Shown: positions 60,944 to 64,000 of the stretch, in pieces
Position numbering within the stretch: the stretch's first letter is position 1
Layout of the letters: each line of letters starts with the position of its first letter
From: an uncultured Gemmatimonadales bacterium
Lineage (GTDB): Bacteria; Gemmatimonadota; Gemmatimonadetes; Gemmatimonadales; GWC2-71-9
Direction: 5' to 3'
Length of the DNA stretch: 64,000 nt
Assembly (NCBI GenBank): GCA_963771275.1
Contig: CAVYSW010000009.1
Span: forward strand, 320,001 to 384,000
The notes under the pieces: model-generated
Told to the model about the DNA's origin: nothing
The model's input: only the letters and a program-made list of their open reading frames with translations
Databases searched by the model: none
Position numbers and translations under genes: made by a program

Positions 60944-61693
60944 TCAGCGGCCGGTGAGAATCTCCTCGAAGAACGCCACCGCCCGTGGATCTCCGGTCTG
61001 CCCGAGCCAGAACATCGCCGACTTGCGGACGTCCGGGTCGCGGTGCTCGCGCGCGATCCGGATCAGCAGGGGAACCGCCTCGTCGCCCTTGTGCTGCGAG
61101 AGCGCGAACACGGCCTGCTTCTGGATCTCCCGGTCGGTGGTGTCGTCGATCAGTCCGCCGAGCGCTCGGGTGATCTCGGCGCCCGCGGCCTGGCCGAGCC
61201 AGAACACGGCGCTCTTGCGCGTTTCCCGCGGGATCGCGGCGTCCCGCCCCAGCTGGACGAGCTGGGGCCAGACGATCGCGCTGTCGGCCAGGGTCGCCGG
61301 AAACACCAGCTTGTCACCCACCCCCCCGGGAACGCGGGGGGCGAGGTCGAGGAGGTACTTGGCGGCCTCGGACGCCCCGACCGTGCCGAGATCGGTCACC
61401 CCGGCTTCCGCCGCGCGCCACCGCCCGCCGACGTACGTGTCCACCTTCACGAGCTTCCCACCGCGCCAGTCGAGCACCACGCGCGCCGGGCCGTGCTGAC
61501 AGTCGCTCTCCCAGTCAGCGGTCGACCGCACGATGTTGATGTTGCGCCCGTTGCCGCAGACCTCGGGCCGGGTCGCGTAGCTCATGCGCACCGTCCCGTC
61601 CCGCACCCGCTCCACCCGCTGCGCGAGCGACTGGGCCTGCGCGGCGGACGCCGCCAGCAAGACGAGCAGCCCCCCCATCACGGTCGTTCTCAT
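60944..61693 (-). CDS. Secreted HEAT-repeat protein (short)
   Basis: Signal peptide AQA-Q, disulfide-like Cys pair, repeats RKSAVFWLGQ / QKQAVFALSQ / RKSAMFWLGQ. Confidence 0.85.
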   Translation of the reverse strand: MRTTVMGGLLVLLAASAAQAQSLAQRVERVRDGTVRMSYATRPEVCGNGRNINIVRSTADWESDCQHGPARVVLDWRGGKLVKVDTYVGGRWRAAEAGVTDLGTVGASEAAKYLLDLAPRVPGGVGDKLVFPATLADSAIVWPQLVQLGRDAAIPRETRKSAVFWLGQAAGAEITRALGGLIDDTTDREIQKQAVFALSQHKGDEAVPLLIRIAREHRDPDVRKSAMFWLGQTGDPRAVAFFEEILTGR

Positions 61694-61721
61694 GCTCTCC
61701 CCCTCCGCCCCTCTGCGGCCG

Positions 61722-63182
61722 TCACTTGTTGATCACCTCCAGCAGGAACTGCGCGACGCGCGGATCGTGCGACTGTCCGAGCCAGAAGATCGCCTTGCTG
61801 CGCAGCTCGCGGTTCGGCTCGGCGCGCGCGATGCTCATCAGCTTGTCCACGGCCGCCGCGTCCTTGCTCTGCGAGAACCCGAAGATCAGCTGTTCCTTGA
61901 TTTCCGTGTCGCTTGCCCTGTCGTACAGCCGGGCCAGGTCGGCGAACGGGACCGCTTTGCTCTGCGCGGCCCAGAACAGCGCCGTCTTGCGGAGCTCGAC
62001 GGGACTATTGGCATCGAGCGCCACGTCCAGCAACCAGCGGCCGTTTTCCTCCATGGGATTCTGCGCGAGCGCGAACAGCACCTTCTCCTTGAGCACCGTG
62101 CTCGAGGTCTTGGCGTAGAAGTCCTTGAGATACTGCGCGTTGCCGGCGGACTGCCCCATCCAGAAGATGATGTTCTCCTTGATGTCGTCCGGCGTGTCGG
62201 CGCGCTCGAGGTGCGCCCGGAGCGCACGACCCGCCGCCGAGTCCTTGATCTGACCGAGCGCGAAGATCGTCTTCTCCTGAAGCTCGCGATCGATGGTCGA
62301 CCGCAGAATCGAGTCCAGGGCGCCCACGGCCTCCGAGGAGGGAACCTGGGAGAGCCAGAACACCGCGTTCTCGCGAACTTCGGGGTCCGGGTCGCTCCGC
62401 ACGGCGTCCAGCAGGATCTTCGCCGTCTCGGGCGACTTCTTCTGCGAGACCAGGAACACCGCCTGGCGCCGCAGGCACACCGACCCCTCGTCGCGCCGCT
62501 GCAGGACCTGGCGCAGGATCGGGATCGCCTGCTCCGCCTGCATCTGCAGCAGCGCATTGAGGGCGATCAGGCGGTCGTCGTCCTCGTCGCTGCAGCCGCC
62601 CTGGGAGTGCCCCACACCACGGCCTACTCCGGCGCCGCGTCCCACCCCCACCCCCACCCCCACCCCACCCCTGGGGGCGGCAGGGACGGCGGGAGCGGCA
62701 GGGACCGCCGCCGCGGCAGGCGGGGCAGCGGCGCTCGCCACCGCCGCCGCCGCGTCCGCATCGCCGAGGCGCGCCAGCTCGCCCTGCACCTGGATCTTGA
62801 GGCCCCGCGCGTCGCGCGCGGTGCGCGCGTCGGGATGCCGCTCCAGCTGCCGGTCGAGCAGCACCAGTGCGCCACGCAGGTCGGCCGTCGAGGCCAGCCT
62901 GCTCATCGCAAACGCCTGCCAGTAGTAGGAATCCGCCGCGTAGCCCGACCGGGGATAGCGGTCGCGCAGCGCCTGGAACTCGCGCGCCGCAGCCCGGTAG
63001 TCGCCGCGGTTCAGCGCGCCGCGGGCGGAGCGGTAGAGCGAGTCGCCGGGGTCCTGCGCAAGCCACGGGGCCGGGGCTTCGATCGCGGGCTGTTGGGCCG
63101 CGGGTTGAACCGGTTCCGTCGCCGTGCCCAGCAGCAGGGCGCTCAGCGCCCCCATCGCCAACATCGTGTGGAACGTCGTCAT
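61722..63182 (-). CDS. Secreted TPR + HEAT-repeat protein (long)
   Basis: Signal peptide, TPR-like SLYRSARGALNRGDY..AA...YYWQAFA, Ala/Pro/Gly linker, about 8 A.FWL.Q / .IFAL.Q repeats. Confidence 0.85.
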   Translation of the reverse strand: MTTFHTMLAMGALSALLLGTATEPVQPAAQQPAIEAPAPWLAQDPGDSLYRSARGALNRGDYRAAAREFQALRDRYPRSGYAADSYYWQAFAMSRLASTADLRGALVLLDRQLERHPDARTARDARGLKIQVQGELARLGDADAAAAVASAAAPPAAAAVPAAPAVPAAPRGGVGVGVGVGRGAGVGRGVGHSQGGCSDEDDDRLIALNALLQMQAEQAIPILRQVLQRRDEGSVCLRRQAVFLVSQKKSPETAKILLDAVRSDPDPEVRENAVFWLSQVPSSEAVGALDSILRSTIDRELQEKTIFALGQIKDSAAGRALRAHLERADTPDDIKENIIFWMGQSAGNAQYLKDFYAKTSSTVLKEKVLFALAQNPMEENGRWLLDVALDANSPVELRKTALFWAAQSKAVPFADLARLYDRASDTEIKEQLIFGFSQSKDAAAVDKLMSIARAEPNRELRSKAIFWLGQSHDPRVAQFLLEVINK

Positions 63183-63835
63183 CAGAGTGTCCCTCCCATG
63201 GCCAGGCGCTCGGCGCGGCTCGGCAGGTTCGCACGCAGCCGCAGCAGCACCGATCGATCCTTGATTCCCTGTTCGATGAAGCCGAAGTCCAGGGCATCGC
63301 CCGCCTCGGCGTACGCCGCGATCTGGACCAGCACCAGCTCGATGTCGTCGAGCAACGGCCCGAGCGCGACATCCCGCCCCGCCGGCGAGTCCCTGAGCAG
63401 TCGGGTCCGCTGCAACAGCTGCCGGACGGGCTGCTCGATCTCGCCAATCCGATTGGGTTCTCGTCCCGCCTCGGTCGAAAACACCGAGAGGAACGTCTCG
63501 ACGCGGCTCAGGTGCTCGCCGGCCGCGAGGCGGTACGCCGCCGGGAGTTGCGCGGGGGCGGGCCCGGTCGCCGAGGGCGGGGCCACCGGAGCCGTCCCAC
63601 CCCGGGCCGTGTAGCGTCCGATGGCCACTCCCATCGCCAGCGTGGCCGCGAGCCCGACCCCCCATGCCACCCAGCGCAGCGGCGAGCGGGTCTGCCCGCC
63701 TGGCGCCCGGCGGCGCCGTCGGGCACGCTCGCTCCCAATCCGGTCCCACAACTCGGCCCGCGGCGTCTCTGGGGGCCGGTTGTAGCTCTCCGCCAGATTC
63801 CGGATCATGGCGTCCGTCTTCTCATCGTCCGTCAT
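63182..63835 (-). CDS. Putative transmembrane anti-sigma factor (no ZAS motif)
   Basis: Coupled (ATGA) to the ECF sigma gene. [13 protein letters not shown], one TM, helical periplasmic domain. Confidence 0.72.
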   Translation of the reverse strand: MTDDEKTDAMIRNLAESYNRPPETPRAELWDRIGSERARRRRRAPGGQTRSPLRWVAWGVGLAATLAMGVAIGRYTARGGTAPVAPPSATGPAPAQLPAAYRLAAGEHLSRVETFLSVFSTEAGREPNRIGEIEQPVRQLLQRTRLLRDSPAGRDVALGPLLDDIELVLVQIAAYAEAGDALDFGFIEQGIKDRSVLLRLRANLPSRAERLAMGGTL

Positions 63836-63999
63836 ACGGCCCACTCTCCCGCGAAATCCACCAGCGCGTCGCGCAACCGCGCCCGGGCCCGAAACAGCTG
63901 GGCTTTCGAGGTACCGACCGGCACGCCCAGCGCCCCACCGATCTCCTCATGTGTGTAGCCCTCGACGTCGTGCATCACGAACACCATCCGCAGCTTGGG
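63832..63999 (-). CDS. ECF sigma factor, C-terminal region 4 (5'-truncated by window edge)
   Basis: My translation of the minus strand: [55 protein letters not shown]. Not in the ORF track. Confidence 0.9.
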   Translation of the reverse strand, partial: PKLRMVFVMHDVEGYTHEEIGGALGVPVGTSKAQLFRARARLRDALVDFAGEWAV

Positions 64000-64000
64000 C

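Overview
GC-rich bacterial chromosomal window. GC is roughly 70%+ by eye and was not computed. Gene content and order suggest Gemmatimonadota (inference). Most of it is housekeeping or envelope genes: a TolC/HlyD/ABC efflux operon, pcm, pckA, an HD hydrolase, an FHA-PP2C signalling unit, uvrA, MOT1-type and CLC anion transporters either side of tRNA-Asn, a DEGS1-like lipid desaturase, Hsp20, peptidases, Trx-VKOR, ZIP, a serpin, holB-moaC-SLT, an MltD-like enzyme, tRNA-Lys, a four-gene type IV minor-pilin operon with a sigma54 promoter, a SWIB protein, ffh-rpsP-rimM-trmD-rplS-rnhB, pilD, thiD and a polyphosphate cluster. I saw no CRISPR array, integrase, transposase or rRNA. Best candidates for undescribed biology: (1) two parallel ECF-sigma cassettes with the same layout (sigma, anti-sigma, two secreted solenoid-repeat proteins, long palindrome, HExxH lipoprotein protease); (2) two different palindromic tandem-repeat elements (9-nt and 7-nt units) flanking one gene; (3) twin matrixin-like lipoproteins with Glu in place of the third Zn-binding His, next to a beta-barrel gene; (4) a ComZ-like large PilX; (5) a eukaryote-like sphingolipid desaturase. 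Single-base frameshifts in ffh and in an M48 gene are most likely sequencing errors. All protein calls are from motif recognition by eye; no database searches were run.
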